Assembly: GCA_038087875.1 (NCBI GenBank)
Contig: CM075989.1
Location: 24,616,001-24,680,000, forward strand
Source: Malacoraja senta
Lineage: Eukaryota
Direction of reading: 5' to 3'
DNA length: 64,000 nucleotides
Shown here: piece after piece, positions 11,322-23,711 of the stretch
Numbering within the stretch: the first letter of the stretch is position 1
Layout: each line of letters opens with the position of its first letter
Translations under genes and position numbers: made by a program
Notes under the pieces: model-generated
What the model was told of the DNA's origin: nothing
Database searches by the model: none
Seen by the model: only the letters and a program-made list of their open reading frames with translations

Positions 11322-12547
11322 AAGACGTGCAGGTCTGTAGGTTAATTGGCTGTCCGTAAATTGCCCCCTTGTGTGAACGACTGTGCATGTCATGTTCATA
11401 GGTTCTAGCAGCAGAATTAGGCCATTCAGCCCATTAAGTCTACTCCACCATTCTATCATGGCTGATCAATCTTTCTCGCTCAACCCCATTCTCCTGCCTT
11501 CCCCCCATAACCCCATATCTTATAATAGTTACCGTATACACTAACTCTAGGACCTTTGACCTAAGTTTGACCCTTACTGAAGGTCAGTATATGAAGTAAT
11601 TGTTGGTTTAATGAGAGGAGTTAATTGGAATTGTGCCATCACACACTGGTCCCCAAGTTTCAGGGAGATTCTTATCATTGATATACGGGGGCAAAGATGG
11701 CAATTAATCCTGCAAGAGGAAAATAATAGGTAAAGCGAAAGCCTATTAAAATAAAGTTTATAATCAAAATATTGCTGAATAGTACTGAATCAAAGACAGA
11801 CTTATAATTAACTGCTTTATGTCAGGAATAGCAGAGAGAGAATTTGGTGATAAGATAATGAAAATTAAAAATATGCTGATCCTACCAGTCCAATAGAAAC
11901 TGTAGACATGATAAGCCTATGTTTTGATTAATTTCTAATTTTAAATTGTTTTTAAAGTAATTTTGAAGTGACTGTATATGGTAGAAATGTGAAATCAGCC
12001 AGATATTAGGTATAAAGTATAAATGTGGCAAATTATAATGAGAATTTGGGTTTGAAGAATTATAAACACTGAAATCAGAAGTGCAATACATTTTAGTTTT
12101 CATCCATTAGGTATCACTGTTGCAATCATCTGTAATTGTTTGCACAATTGCTATTGCATGCATTAAGTAATGGCCTGAACCATACTCAACTTGGCTTGCA
12201 GTTCCATAGACAGTGGCAATGTCCTGAGTGTGTGTGTGTGTGTGTTTCAGTGTGTGTGTCATTGTGTGTGTGTTTGTGTACATGTGCGTTCGTGTACATG
12301 TGCGTGTGTTCTTTATCATTGTACCGCTGCTGGCAAATTCATTTCACTTGCACTTTATGTGCAATGTGACGAATAAAACTGATTGTTGATTGTTGTTGTT
12401 GTGTGTGCATGCGTGTGCGCGTGCGTGACTTTGTCTCTGACCTGCACCTGTGCATTATCAATTTAAGGCGTCACGGTGGCGCAGCGGTAGAGTTGCTGCC
12501 TCACAGCGCCAGAGATCCGGTTCCATCCTGACCACGGGTGCTGTCTG

Positions 12548-13314
12548 TGTTAATCCTGGCCAAATTGGAGAGGCGAGGACTTTAAAATGGGGTAAAAGCT
12601 TCTGGGCTGCTGGGAGATTTGGTCAATTTGGAATTGCTCTTTGCAGAGATGGGACAAGCTGCGGAGTGGTGCCAGTGTGTCTAGAGTCTAGATACAAGTT
12701 GCAAGAAAAGAATAAGAACATCTGCAGACCCTGTCAATTAGGTGCAAAATGCATAGAATGGATTGGATGGCTGCAAACCAGACGTACACCTTGTAAATAA
12801 TTGTAAATGTTGCAGAGTTCTACTTTGCCGAGTGTTGATTGGATGAGGTATTGAGCCTTGTCTGGGTTTTTTGCAGATCGGGGTAAATGTTTCTAAGTTG
12901 GCTTCCTTGGGAAGTCATGTTTGAATACAATGTATTAAGCTGCTGTATTATTGGGTTAAGGAAATGTCTGTTATGTATGGGGTTAATCGATATCTGTAAT
13001 TGGATTATTAAGAGACCACCCCCATGTGGTTCAGCCCCTCGAGGTCCCAGGACCTATAAAAGTCCGCTGCCACGAGGTCCAGCGTCGATCGTCTGGGAGA
13101 TCGCTAGGGACTGCGTGAACTTTTGGAGTGTCTCTGTCTGAGCGAGGCCTAGAGGGCTTGATCAGGCAGACACGAGGATCGAACCCGCGGTGGGATAGGT
13201 ACAGTAGTTGAACTGTAATTGCGCTTTGTTAAAATAAAGATTAGTTGTTCAAGTGCTTGATTCAGTGTTTTTACTGGAACTAGACTGGGGAAAGCTTAGA
13301 TCGAGCAATTTACA
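12548..13314 (+). mobile_element. Solo LTR (767 bp) inserted in a SINE
   Basis: Termini TGTTAAT...ATTTACA; 4-bp TSD TCTG (12544-12547, 13315-13318); TATAAAA at 13055-13061 and AATAAA at 13233-13238. Removing it restores the SINE sequence GGTGCTGTCTG|TACGGAGTTTG. Confidence 0.9.
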
Positions 13315-14002
13315 TCTGTACGGAGTTTGCACGTTCTCCCCGTGACTGTGTGGGTTTTCATCCGGGCGCTCTTGCTGAAATCCTGCACACCACCTCCAAC
13401 ACTAGTGGGAATATATTGCTCTGCCCTACATCAAAACCGTATTACTAATATCCAGTTATTGAATCATGGAATTATTTGTGCATGTTTGGTAAAATTTATA
13501 TTAGGAAAACATCTTTCACTTGTTTGATTATTCCACACAAAGCTGCAGAAATTGATTCATCCTTCCCAATTTTAATCCTTTACTCGTTTACACAGCCGAG
13601 TTGTTGTTTATTTTTGCATGAAAAATATGCGCAGGCTTATCATATTATTCACTTCCATTCTCTGCCCAGCTGTCGTGTGTTATCCAGAGAGATGATCTGC
13701 AATCTTGAGGCTGCATTAATCCTAGCCGGGGAATGGGCATCCATGTCTGTGGTTATTCACACTTCACAGCAGGTTATGGAGATTTTCAGTGGCTTAGAAA
13801 CCTGCACAATCCTATTGATTTAAGTTTAGATTTATTATTGTCATGTGCACTGAGGTACAGTGAATGGCTTTGTTTTGCATTTATTTCTAAGTGAGCACCT
13901 TATGAAACTAATGGTATCAAAATATGGAGTAACTCAGCGGGTCAGGCAGCATCTGTGGAGGGAAATGGACAGACGACATTTCGGGTTAGGGCCCTTCTTC
14001 AG

Positions 14003-14440
14003 AGCGACTAGGGTTTGATCCTGACTACGGGTGCTGTTTGTAGGTTCTCCCCGTGACCGTGTGGGTTTTCTCCGGGTGCTCCGGTTTCCTCCCACACTCC
14101 AAAGACATGCGGGTTTGTAGGTTAATTAGCTTCTGTAAAGATTGTAAATTGTCCCTAGTATGTAGCATAGTGTTAGAATACGGGGATCACTGGTCGGCGT
14201 GGACTCGGTGGGCCGAAGGGCCTGTTTCCAGGCTGTATCTCTAAATTAAACTGAACTAGAGATACAGCATGGAAACAGGCCCTTCAGCTCACCAAGTCCA
14301 TACCGATCACCCCTACACTAGTTCTACATTAACCCAGTTTCGCATCATACACTGTTGGGGCGATTTACAGAAACCAATTAACCTACAACCGTGCAGTATT
14401 TGGAAAGTGGAAGGAAACCGGAGCACCCAGAGAAACCCAG
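14003..14440. mobile_element. Two SINE copies tail-to-tail (+ about 14003-14256, - about 14257-14440)
   Basis: Same central domain and tail in opposite orientations. Confidence 0.75.
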
Positions 14441-14959
14441 GGGGAGGGGAGGAGGGAGAGTGGGGGTAGGGGAGGGAAGGTAGAGAGGGGGAGGGGGGAG
14501 TTCCTTGTCAAGGGGCTCCACCTCAGTCTGCGATACGTCATAGGCGGGTTGCTCGTGCAGTGACCACACGCTGCACATTCTGAAACGAATTGGTCAAATA
14601 AGGGCTCAGCAATTAGTAATTTAATAGCCTGACCTCTCTGTTGCAATGCAGAGAATTATTCTTTCATTCAGGCCTTTAAGACGATGCTGAGTAAAATAAC
14701 CAGCTGACATCATTGTACAGATGAACTTCCTGTCCATTATTTCACAGTACACTAAGTCCTTGTTATTTACCAGGAATGAGTGCACAGACTTCCGTGCAAG
14801 ATGCAGATACTAGGAAGGCCGCGAGCATTGACACTAAGGCTGCAATGATGTGCGGCGGTTAACCTCATGAATATCACAGCTTCTGTGTAAGTTGCAACTA
14901 GCCAGCCCTCTGACCCTGACGCTGGTTACAACTACACGCTGACTTGGCAGCACAAGACA

Positions 14960-15495
14960 GGGCATCACGGTGACGCAGCGGTAGAGTTGCTGCCTCACAG
15001 CACCAGAAACCCAGGTTCGATCCTGACTACGGGCGCTGTCTGTACGGAGTTTGTACGCTCTCCCAGTGACCGCGTGGGTTTTCTCCGTGTGCTCCAGTTT
15101 CCTCCCACATCCCAAAGACGTGGAGGTTTGTAGTTTGATAGAAAATACTGGAGTAACTCAGCGGGACAGGCAGCATCTCTGGAGAGAAGGAATGGGTGAC
15201 ATTTCAGGTCGAGACCCTTTTTCAGACCAGAAACGTCACCCATTCCTTCTCTCCAGAGATGCAGCACGTCCCGCTGAGTTACTCCAGTTTTTTGTGTCTA
15301 TCTTCGGTTTAAACCAGCATCTGCAGTTCCTTCCTACACATTAGGTTTGTAGGTTAATTAGCTTTGGTAAAGATTGTAAATTGTCCCTAGTGTGGGTAGG
15401 ATATTGCTAGTGTACAGGGATCGCTGATCGGTGCAGACTCGGTGGGCTGAAGGGCCTGTTTCTGCACTGTATCTCTAAAGTAAACTAAACTCAAC
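14960..15495 (+). mobile_element. HE1/V-SINE-like SINE split by a Penelope-derived hairpin
   Basis: Head 14960-15133, remainder 15343-15495. Confidence 0.85.
15134..15342. mobile_element. Palindromic Penelope-derived short element inserted in a SINE
   Basis: Inverted arms; 10-bp TSD AGGTTTGTAG at 15124-15133 and 15343-15352. Confidence 0.8.
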
Positions 15496-16454
15496 TGAAA
15501 GTAGATGTAGCCCATTTTGTGACTGACAGAATGCAGCAAACTCTGTAGCAGAAGCCTCTGGAGAAATGCTGGTGTTTACCAACAGTCCCACTCACACGTG
15601 GCTGGTCCTTTGTGCTTGTAGACTCGGGCTCTAGACAAGGACTCTGGGGAGCAGTTTTTCACCGCAAATCCCCAAAGACTGAATCACATTGTTAAAGAGA
15701 TTCACTGGCTGATTGCTCACTTGTGGCCAATTAAAATTGTGCTGCTGAGTTGCTTGAGCTTTAGGAGCACAGAGTTGGTGTGAGAGAACAGTGAGATCGA
15801 TTCACCCTTTACTTGCCCAACATTGTCCAGCGCTGGAGGATGAGGGGTGATCTTATCCACGTGTAAATCGGGTAAACGCAGAGTCTCTTGTCCAGAGTAG
15901 GGGGCTATAGAATCAGAGGACATGAGTGGGTTAAGATGAGGGGGTAAAGATCTAATAGGGACCTGAGGGGAAATCTATTTCAGACAAAGGGTGGTGGGTG
16001 TATGGAACGAGCTGCCGGAAGAGGTAGTTGAGGCAGGTACTATCCCAACATTTAAGAAACATTTGGTCATGTACATGGATAGGAGGTTTAGAGGGATATG
16101 GGCAAAACGCAGGCAGGTGGGACTAGTGTAGATGGGGCATGTTGGCCGGTGTGGGCAAGTTGGGCCGAAGGGGCAAGTGAAAATGAGGAAAATCAAAGTA
16201 GTTTTAGAAGTAAATAAAGATAGTGAGGGTAACTGAGGATAGCTTGGTGCCTCTGGTGAGCAAAGAGTAAATGGAAATGGAAGGGTTTGGTTCTAAATAG
16301 ACACGTTTTATCCGTGAGGGAGGAACAACAAATGCATTGTGGTTCCATCAGAGTAAGAAACATTCGTGGAGATAAAGATATGAAAGAAGATATATTAAGA
16401 GGATTAGCATCTTTGGATGGATGAAATGTACACCAGGCTGCTGGGAGAATCATC

Positions 16455-19400
16455 AAAAAAATAATGAACTAACATACTAATATGAATTTTTAATAAATTG
16501 TAACCTTGTCTATAAGCGGGAGGAGGGGATGAGAAACGAGCTCCTGGCTTATGTCCAGGAGCACGTCTCGTTAACCCCTTCAACCAACAGCTGATTCTTA
16601 TTGAAATCAAAAATATTGGTTTAATAATTAAACTCTGATATATATATATGTTATAAGGAAATATCAGGGTAAAATTGTATTATATATATGAATGTGAGGC
16701 CTCGTTTTAATATTTTAATATGTTATGATTAACTAAGAGAGCGGAGCGAGTTGAGCAACAACGCAATGGAAGTCAAAATAAGGTTTTTTCCCACCTACAG
16801 GTGGGTCACTTGCTACAGTGCCGACTATAGACACTGTAGCCTCACTTTTTTAGTTTTTTTTTTATTACATAAAATCACTTGTTTGTGTTTTGTGTTTAGT
16901 GATAAGAATAATATGGACATACCAACAAAAGTTAATAATTCAAAAACTCCCCCAATACCTAAAGACCTGGGATATGGACGCACCACAAGATTCAAAGGTA
17001 CTATAATTATTCAAAATGCATGACACCACACAAAAGAACCTAGGAGGAGTCTCATTTTGTAGTTGGAATATAAGAGGTATTAATGAACCTATCAAAAGGG
17101 GTAAGATATTAGCTCAGCTAAAAATGTATAATTCTGACATTACCTTCCTACAAGAAACACACCTAAAACCTCAGGACCAAGTTAGGCTGAGGGCGAAATG
17201 GATAGGTCAAACATACCACTCTTCATTCACTTCAAAATCTAGAGGCACGTCAATTATCATAAGAAAAGGTATACCATTTAAAGCAAAGAATATTATAACA
17301 GATATAGAAGGGAGATACCTAATAGTTAATGGAGAAATCCATGACACTCCACTTACTTTGGTAAATATATATGCCCCTAACTTTGATAACCCCCACTTTT
17401 TCAATAAAATCTTCAATATAATTGCAGAGTCAAACTATCAAAATGTTATAATAGGCGGAGACTTTAACTGTGTTTTAGACCCGTACTTAGATAAATCAAG
17501 TCAAAAACAGAGAGGGAATATGAAATCGAAAACTGGGGAACTCCTCAATACCTACATAAACAACACTAATATAGCAGATGTTTGGAGAATTGTGAATCCA
17601 ACTGGCAGGGAATATTCGTTTTACTCAATGGTACATAAGACATACTCACGTATAGACTACTTTCTGCTGGATACAAAATTAATCCCCCAAACATCTAATG
17701 CAATATATCATACAAATTCAATTTCAGACCATTCTCCACTAACTTTCTTTTTAAAACTGGAAGGATTGTCTAAGAATAATTCATTCTGGAGATTTAACTC
17801 TCAAATTTTAAAAGATCCACAAGCGAGTATATATTTAAAAGAACAAATGGAGGTCTTTTTTCAAACAAATGATACTTCAGATATATCGCCTACTTTACTT
17901 TGGGAATCTTTTAAAGCATACATTAGGGGTATTATAATTTCATATCAAGCTTTTCAAAATAAAAAGAATAAGAATGAACAAAGACAGTTAGAAGAACTTA
18001 TTAGACAAATGGATATAGATAATGCTAAAGATCCATCAATAGATAAACATAATAAAATAATAATTTTAAAATTTAAATTAAATAAATTATTATCTGCCAA
18101 ACTTATAAGACTTTTTCAAATTACAAAACAAGAGCACTTTGAATTTGGGGATAAACCGCATAAACTTTTGGCTCGCCAGCTAAAAAAACGAGAAAAGGAA
18201 CATACTATACCAAAGATTAAATCAGATAAAGGGGAATTATTAACAACACCGAAGGATATTAATAAAAGATTTGCGCAATTTTACGAGAATTTGTATACAT
18301 CTAAAACGATAATTGATTCCAATAATATCACAAAGTTCTTGGATACCTGTAATCTTCCAAAGTTAGAGCTGAAGGAACAAGAGGAACTGGGTGCACAAAT
18401 CTCAATTAAGGAATTAGAAGATACAATAAACTCACTAAAAAATGGAAAAACACCAGGCCCTGATGGATTTACTAATGAATTTTATAAAAACTTTTATGAT
18501 AAAATAATACCAAGATTACAAAAAATGTACCAATACGCTTTTAAAAAACGAATACTACCTGATACATTAGCGGAATCAACGATTACATTAATACCTAAGA
18601 AAAATAAGGATTTAGAAGAACCTGGCTCATATAGAGCTATAGCATTGTTAAACACAGATCAAAAAATATTAGCGAAAACATTAGCCAGAAGATTAAGTAA
18701 ATACATTAGTAAATTAATAAACCCAGATCAGACAGGGTTTATCCCTAAGAGATACTCTTCTAATAATATGAGACGTCTACTCAACATAATGCACTCACAC
18801 AAATCTGAAGATCAAGAATTATCAATTATTTCGCTGGATGCTGAAAAAGCATTTGATCAAGTAGAATGGAATTATATGGATAAAGTATTACAAAAATTTC
18901 AACTGGGAGAGAATTTTATTTTATGGATTAAGTTACTATATAACAAACCTACAGCTAGAATACTTACTAATAACATATTATCCTCGAAATTTCAACTATC
19001 AAGGGGAAATAGACAAGGATGCTCATTATCACCACAGCTGTTTGCTCTCATTATTGAACCGCTAGCAGAAAAAATTAGAATACACCCTGATATTCATGGA
19101 TATAATACTAAAGACTCATATAATAAAATATCTTTATACGCGGATGATATATTATTGTATATTACAAAACCTCAAATCACTATACCAAATATATTAAATT
19201 TAATTGAAGACTTCGGATCTTTTTCTGGATATAGAATAAATTGGAATAAAAGTGAAATTATGTCAATAAAACCGAAAGATTCAACACATCTTTTAAAATT
19301 CCCTTTTAAAATAGCTACAAAAAAATTTAAATATTTGGGAATCGAAATTACCAGAGCATATCAAGGTATGCTCAGGGCAAATTTTGACCCCCTACTTAAT

Positions 19401-21217
19401 AAACTGAATACATTAATTAAATTCTGGAAAACGCTTCCGATGTCTTTAATAGGCCGAATAAACGCAATAAAAATGATCTTTTTACCACAAATTTTATACC
19501 TATTTCAATCAATTCCTATATACTTACCTAAGAAGTTTTTTAAAAAACTCGACTCAGATATCACTAATTTTATATGGGACTATAAATCACATAGAATACA
19601 AAAAACCCATCTGAATAAATCTAAAGTATTGGGGGGTCTAGCACTACCCAATTTTATGTATTATTATTGGTCAGTAAATATTAAAAACATGATTCAACTG
19701 ATGGATAACTCCGCCCAGCAAGTAGACTGGATTGTAATGGAGAAAGAGGATTGCTCCTCTAGAAACATTGGAGCGATCCTCCTCTCTCCAATGAAATTGA
19801 ATAACATAAACTATAATAAGAACCCAATTATTCATAGTACAATCCGTATTTGGAAACAAATAAAACAAAATTTAAAATTAAGAAACTTATCACTTTTATT
19901 ACCTATAGTCAATAACCCTTCGTTTAGTCCTTCTATTATAGATAAAGCTTATACACAATGGGATAGACTAGGAATTAAAACGCTTGGTGACTTGTATGAA
20001 ACTGGAAAATTACTTTCATTTCAACAATTACAAATAAAATATAAACTCGGAAATAATCAATATTTTAAATACTTTCAAATATGCGACTATTTGAAAAAAT
20101 ATATAAAAGATCATCATAATAACCCAGCAGATGTACTGGACGAGGCAATGCAGATAAAAGCGGAATCAGCAAACTTAATATCATATTTGTACAATATTAT
20201 CTTAAATGTACAAATACCATCTACGGAGGGTATCAGAAGAGACTGGGAACAAGAGTTAGCTATTAAAATTTCAAAGGAAAGTTGGAATGAATACTTATTA
20301 AAAGTACATAAATGCTCGATTAATGTAAGACACACTTTAATACAATTTAAAATTTTACATAGATTATATTATTCGAAAACTAAAATTCATAAAATTTTCC
20401 CAAACGTATCATCTATTTGTGATAAATGTCAATCCCAAGAAGCAACTATAGCGCACTCATTTGTCTTTTGTACAAAAATTCAAAAATTTTGGAATGAAAT
20501 TTTTGAAATCTTTACAAAGTTATTTAAAACAAGACTGATACCCAAAGCAGAATGGATTATCTTCGGAATAACGGAAGATGATCCAGAACTAAATGTGTTT
20601 CAAAAGAAATTAATGGATTATGGGTTAATAACTGGAAAAAAGCTAATTCTAAAATTTTGGAAGAAGGCTCCAATACCAACTATAAATATGTGGATTTCAA
20701 ATATGTTTGAAACACTACACCTTGAAGAGATAAGACTCCTCCTAGCAGGTAAACCAGATCACTTCCACCTGACGTGGTCTGCATTTATAGAATTATTACA
20801 AACATAGGGTGCAAAAGTACTTTAAAAAAATAAAAAATTGAGGTCGGGTAAGGGGGGATGATAGTTGAAGAGTTGGTATGTCCTATTTACGTGATGCTCA
20901 AAAAAAAAAAAATATTTGTTTTTCTTTTTTTCTTTCTCTTTTCTTTTCTTAGGGCCTATTTCTTAACTCTTTTTCTTTTTGTTTTTAATTTCGCTCTCAT
21001 AGGGTCCTCGTCCTTTTTTGTTGTTACATTTTCTACACTTTTCTACACTTGCACTTTTTCCTTCACTTTCTTCTCTCTTTCAATCTTTTCTTTCTTTAGT
21101 GTAAAAAAATAAATAAAGGGAGTACATTAATTGTAAGAAGATATAAATGACGAGTATTAATGTATGTGGCTGTGATGTAATGTACTTCTAATAAATAAAA
21201 ATTAAAAAAAAAAAAAA
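16455..21217 (+). mobile_element. 5'-truncated LINE-1 (L1 clade): presumed inter-ORF spacer, ORF2, 3'UTR and poly(A)
   Basis: Sharp AT-rich block; AATAAA at 21190-21195 then poly(A) to about 21217; TSD AATCATC at 16448-16454 and 21218-21224. It interrupts an old degenerate CR1-like sequence. Confidence 0.9.
17016..20807 (+). CDS. L1 ORF2 protein (APE endonuclease, reverse transcriptase, Cys-rich C-terminus), uninterrupted 1263 aa
   Basis: Endonuclease motifs SWNIRG, LQETH, NIYAPN, GGDFN, YSRIDY, SDH; RT motifs PGPDG, LDAEKAFD, RQGCSLSP, LYADD, KYLG; C-terminal CDKC...H...C. Confidence 0.96.
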   Translation: MHDTTQKNLGGVSFCSWNIRGINEPIKRGKILAQLKMYNSDITFLQETHLKPQDQVRLRAKWIGQTYHSSFTSKSRGTSIIIRKGIPFKAKNIITDIEGRYLIVNGEIHDTPLTLVNIYAPNFDNPHFFNKIFNIIAESNYQNVIIGGDFNCVLDPYLDKSSQKQRGNMKSKTGELLNTYINNTNIADVWRIVNPTGREYSFYSMVHKTYSRIDYFLLDTKLIPQTSNAIYHTNSISDHSPLTFFLKLEGLSKNNSFWRFNSQILKDPQASIYLKEQMEVFFQTNDTSDISPTLLWESFKAYIRGIIISYQAFQNKKNKNEQRQLEELIRQMDIDNAKDPSIDKHNKIIILKFKLNKLLSAKLIRLFQITKQEHFEFGDKPHKLLARQLKKREKEHTIPKIKSDKGELLTTPKDINKRFAQFYENLYTSKTIIDSNNITKFLDTCNLPKLELKEQEELGAQISIKELEDTINSLKNGKTPGPDGFTNEFYKNFYDKIIPRLQKMYQYAFKKRILPDTLAESTITLIPKKNKDLEEPGSYRAIALLNTDQKILAKTLARRLSKYISKLINPDQTGFIPKRYSSNNMRRLLNIMHSHKSEDQELSIISLDAEKAFDQVEWNYMDKVLQKFQLGENFILWIKLLYNKPTARILTNNILSSKFQLSRGNRQGCSLSPQLFALIIEPLAEKIRIHPDIHGYNTKDSYNKISLYADDILLYITKPQITIPNILNLIEDFGSFSGYRINWNKSEIMSIKPKDSTHLLKFPFKIATKKFKYLGIEITRAYQGMLRANFDPLLNKLNTLIKFWKTLPMSLIGRINAIKMIFLPQILYLFQSIPIYLPKKFFKKLDSDITNFIWDYKSHRIQKTHLNKSKVLGGLALPNFMYYYWSVNIKNMIQLMDNSAQQVDWIVMEKEDCSSRNIGAILLSPMKLNNINYNKNPIIHSTIRIWKQIKQNLKLRNLSLLLPIVNNPSFSPSIIDKAYTQWDRLGIKTLGDLYETGKLLSFQQLQIKYKLGNNQYFKYFQICDYLKKYIKDHHNNPADVLDEAMQIKAESANLISYLYNIILNVQIPSTEGIRRDWEQELAIKISKESWNEYLLKVHKCSINVRHTLIQFKILHRLYYSKTKIHKIFPNVSSICDKCQSQEATIAHSFVFCTKIQKFWNEIFEIFTKLFKTRLIPKAEWIIFGITEDDPELNVFQKKLMDYGLITGKKLILKFWKKAPIPTINMWISNMFETLHLEEIRLLLAGKPDHFHLTWSAFIELLQT

Positions 21218-21324
21218 AATCATCTGTGATCATCCTTTCCAAGTTCTCTCTTGCAGCAGACCAGAGGGCCACAAGGACGATAATGAGATGTCGTTATTTA
21301 GACAGAAACAAGCCAGGCTTTTCT

Positions 21325-21630
21325 CTAGTTTTAGTTTAGATTAGAGATATAGCGTGTTAACAGGCCCTTCGGCCCATCGAGTCCGGGCAGACCAGCGATC
21401 ACCCCGTACACTAGTTCTACCCTACATACTAGGGGAAATTTACAGAAGCCAATTAACCTACAAACCTGCATGTGTTTGGAATGTGGGAGGAAACCAGAGT
21501 GCCCACAGAAAACCCACACAGGTCACGGGGAGAACGTATAAACTCCGTACAGACAGCACCTGTAGTCAGGATCGAACCCGGGTCTCTGGCGCTGTGAGGC
21601 AGCAACTCTACCGCTGCGTCCCCGTGCCAC
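21325..21630 (-). mobile_element. HE1/V-SINE-like SINE
   Basis: Full-length reverse copy. Confidence 0.85.
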
Positions 21631-23711
21631 CCCTAATGTTATAAAGAAATAATCGTGGCAGAGAGGAGAAGATATATTTTATAAAGTGTGGATTTGTCAA
21701 GGAAAGATCAGCTTGAGTCATCTGAATATAACATTTAAAGAGTTAACAAAGAAGTTCCATGAGGATAGAATACTGGATAGAGTCACTCGGTATTTCAGCC
21801 AAAGGTCTGGCAACATTGCATATGCCAGTCCAATCCCATGGGTTTCGAGGAAAGACCAAAGTTAGCTCTGTGGTCGGAAACCAAGTGTAATGGTTGATGA
21901 CGTTTCAGTGATGACAAGACTTGGCAGAAGAATTCTACAAGGTTTAAAACTAAATCCCTTTTTGTGACACTAAAACCAACATAAGAAATGGCTGCAGAGT
22001 GGACAAAATATGTCCTTGAGACCTCTGCCATTTGGCTGATCTTAGTGTTGTTTGGTTTTAGTTTTAGAGATACAGCTTGGAAACAGGCCCATTGGCCCAT
22101 CGTGTCCCTGCCAACACTACGCTAGCGTGGAAATAAACAGCTCTACCACCGTGCCACCATATTCTGATCCTGCTTTCCACCCCACTTCCCTTTCATCTCT
22201 GATTCACCTGTAATCAAACATTTGCACAAGATTAAGAAAAAATAAGAAATTAAGATTTAATATAATTAAGGAATTTGCATTTTTTTTTTTAAAGCAATTT
22301 GTTCCACAGTGAGGGAAAATGCTGGAGTTGCAGGAAGGTAGAAAGGCATCGGTCTGGTCAATAGACAAGAGGTAACAAACAATGCAAAAGTGTTGAGGGC
22401 AGAGGAACTTGGAGTGCATGTCCCTAATCCCATAGACTTAGCAGGATAGATGCACAAGGAGAATAAGAAAACCTACAGAATACTTTATTTGCCAAGGCAT
22501 TGAGTCGAGGGGTGAGAAGGACATGCTGGAACTATATATACTCTTGTTAATATACGGCAAGAGGACTGTGAATAATTTGTATTCAATACATCATAGGCAG
22601 GATGTGCCTGCACTTGGGAGGATGCAGATGGGATTAATGGGACGTTGCCAGCACAGGAGAGTGTTAGGCTTGTGGAAACATTGGCTAAATCTGTTTTTTA
22701 TTTAGAACAGAGAGCTGACAGAAGACATGATGGAGGTGGATACATTCTACACTTCCTGGATCGAGTGAACAGGAAGTATCTAATTCCATTAGAAGATCAA
22801 CGCGCAGAAAGAACAGATTTAAGGGAATTGGTAAAATGGATGCTAAAGTTTGAGTTTAGTTTATTGTCACGTGTACCGAGGTACAGTGAAAAGCTTTTGT
22901 TGCGTGCTAACCAGTCAGTGGAAAGACAATACATGATTACAATCAAGCCATTTTCAGTGTACAGATACAGGATAAGGGAATAACATGGATAACGTTTATT
23001 GCAAGATAAAGGCCAGTAAAGTCCAATCAAAGATCGCGCTATAGTTGTTGAAGTTGAATCATTCCATCTCCAGGTTGTTGGATTTCTTTAATCGCAGGTT
23101 TAGGTGTTTGGTGGGATGCGAGCGACAATCACAATGAAATGCCTCACTGACAATCTGGTCAGTTGTGAAGAGAGAAGATGTTTTCTCCGTTGCCGTTATG
23201 TTTGTGACAGGCAACTCCATTCCAGAGATTGAATCAATCAAGACTCTGGTAAGTGAAGCCGTCCATCCTCACCATGCTTCTGCCACTCTTAGAGTTAAGA
23301 ATTCACCTCCAACTTGGAAAAAAAAATCTAAAGATCCAAACCATGGAGTTGCAATTCCTTTGTGAGAAAACAGGTGAATATTTAGTTGTTCATCCCTTGC
23401 CTCCCTCTGGTAATGTTGATCCACAGAAAAAGGAAGTTGAAAATAAAGCCTACGATGGGAGTTCCCACCTGTTGAGTTTCTTGATTAATACGGATGTACT
23501 TGATTAGTACGGGTATCAGGGGTTATGGGGAGAAGGCAGGAGAATGGGGTTAGGAGGGAGAGATAGATCAGCCATGATTGAATGGCGGAGTAAACTTGAT
23601 GGGCCGAATGGCCTAATTCTGCTCATATCACTTATGAGCATATGATCTTACGATTAGCAACCGGGAGATCCAGCAGGCCTTGGCGGACCCAGTATAATTA
23701 TTTGGCAAAAC

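Noticed and set aside
14440..14500. G-quadruplex-prone tracts (also about 29600-29650 and 61660-61705)
   Set aside because: Low-complexity runs inside or next to repeats; nothing supports function.
16751..17023. 90-aa ORF overlapping the L1 ORF2 start as a possible ORF1
   Set aside because: Short, called from a TTG start and with no L1 ORF1 features; more likely chance in the spacer.
20858..21112. Phe-rich membrane-protein-like ORF
   Set aside because: Translation of the T-rich L1 3'UTR.
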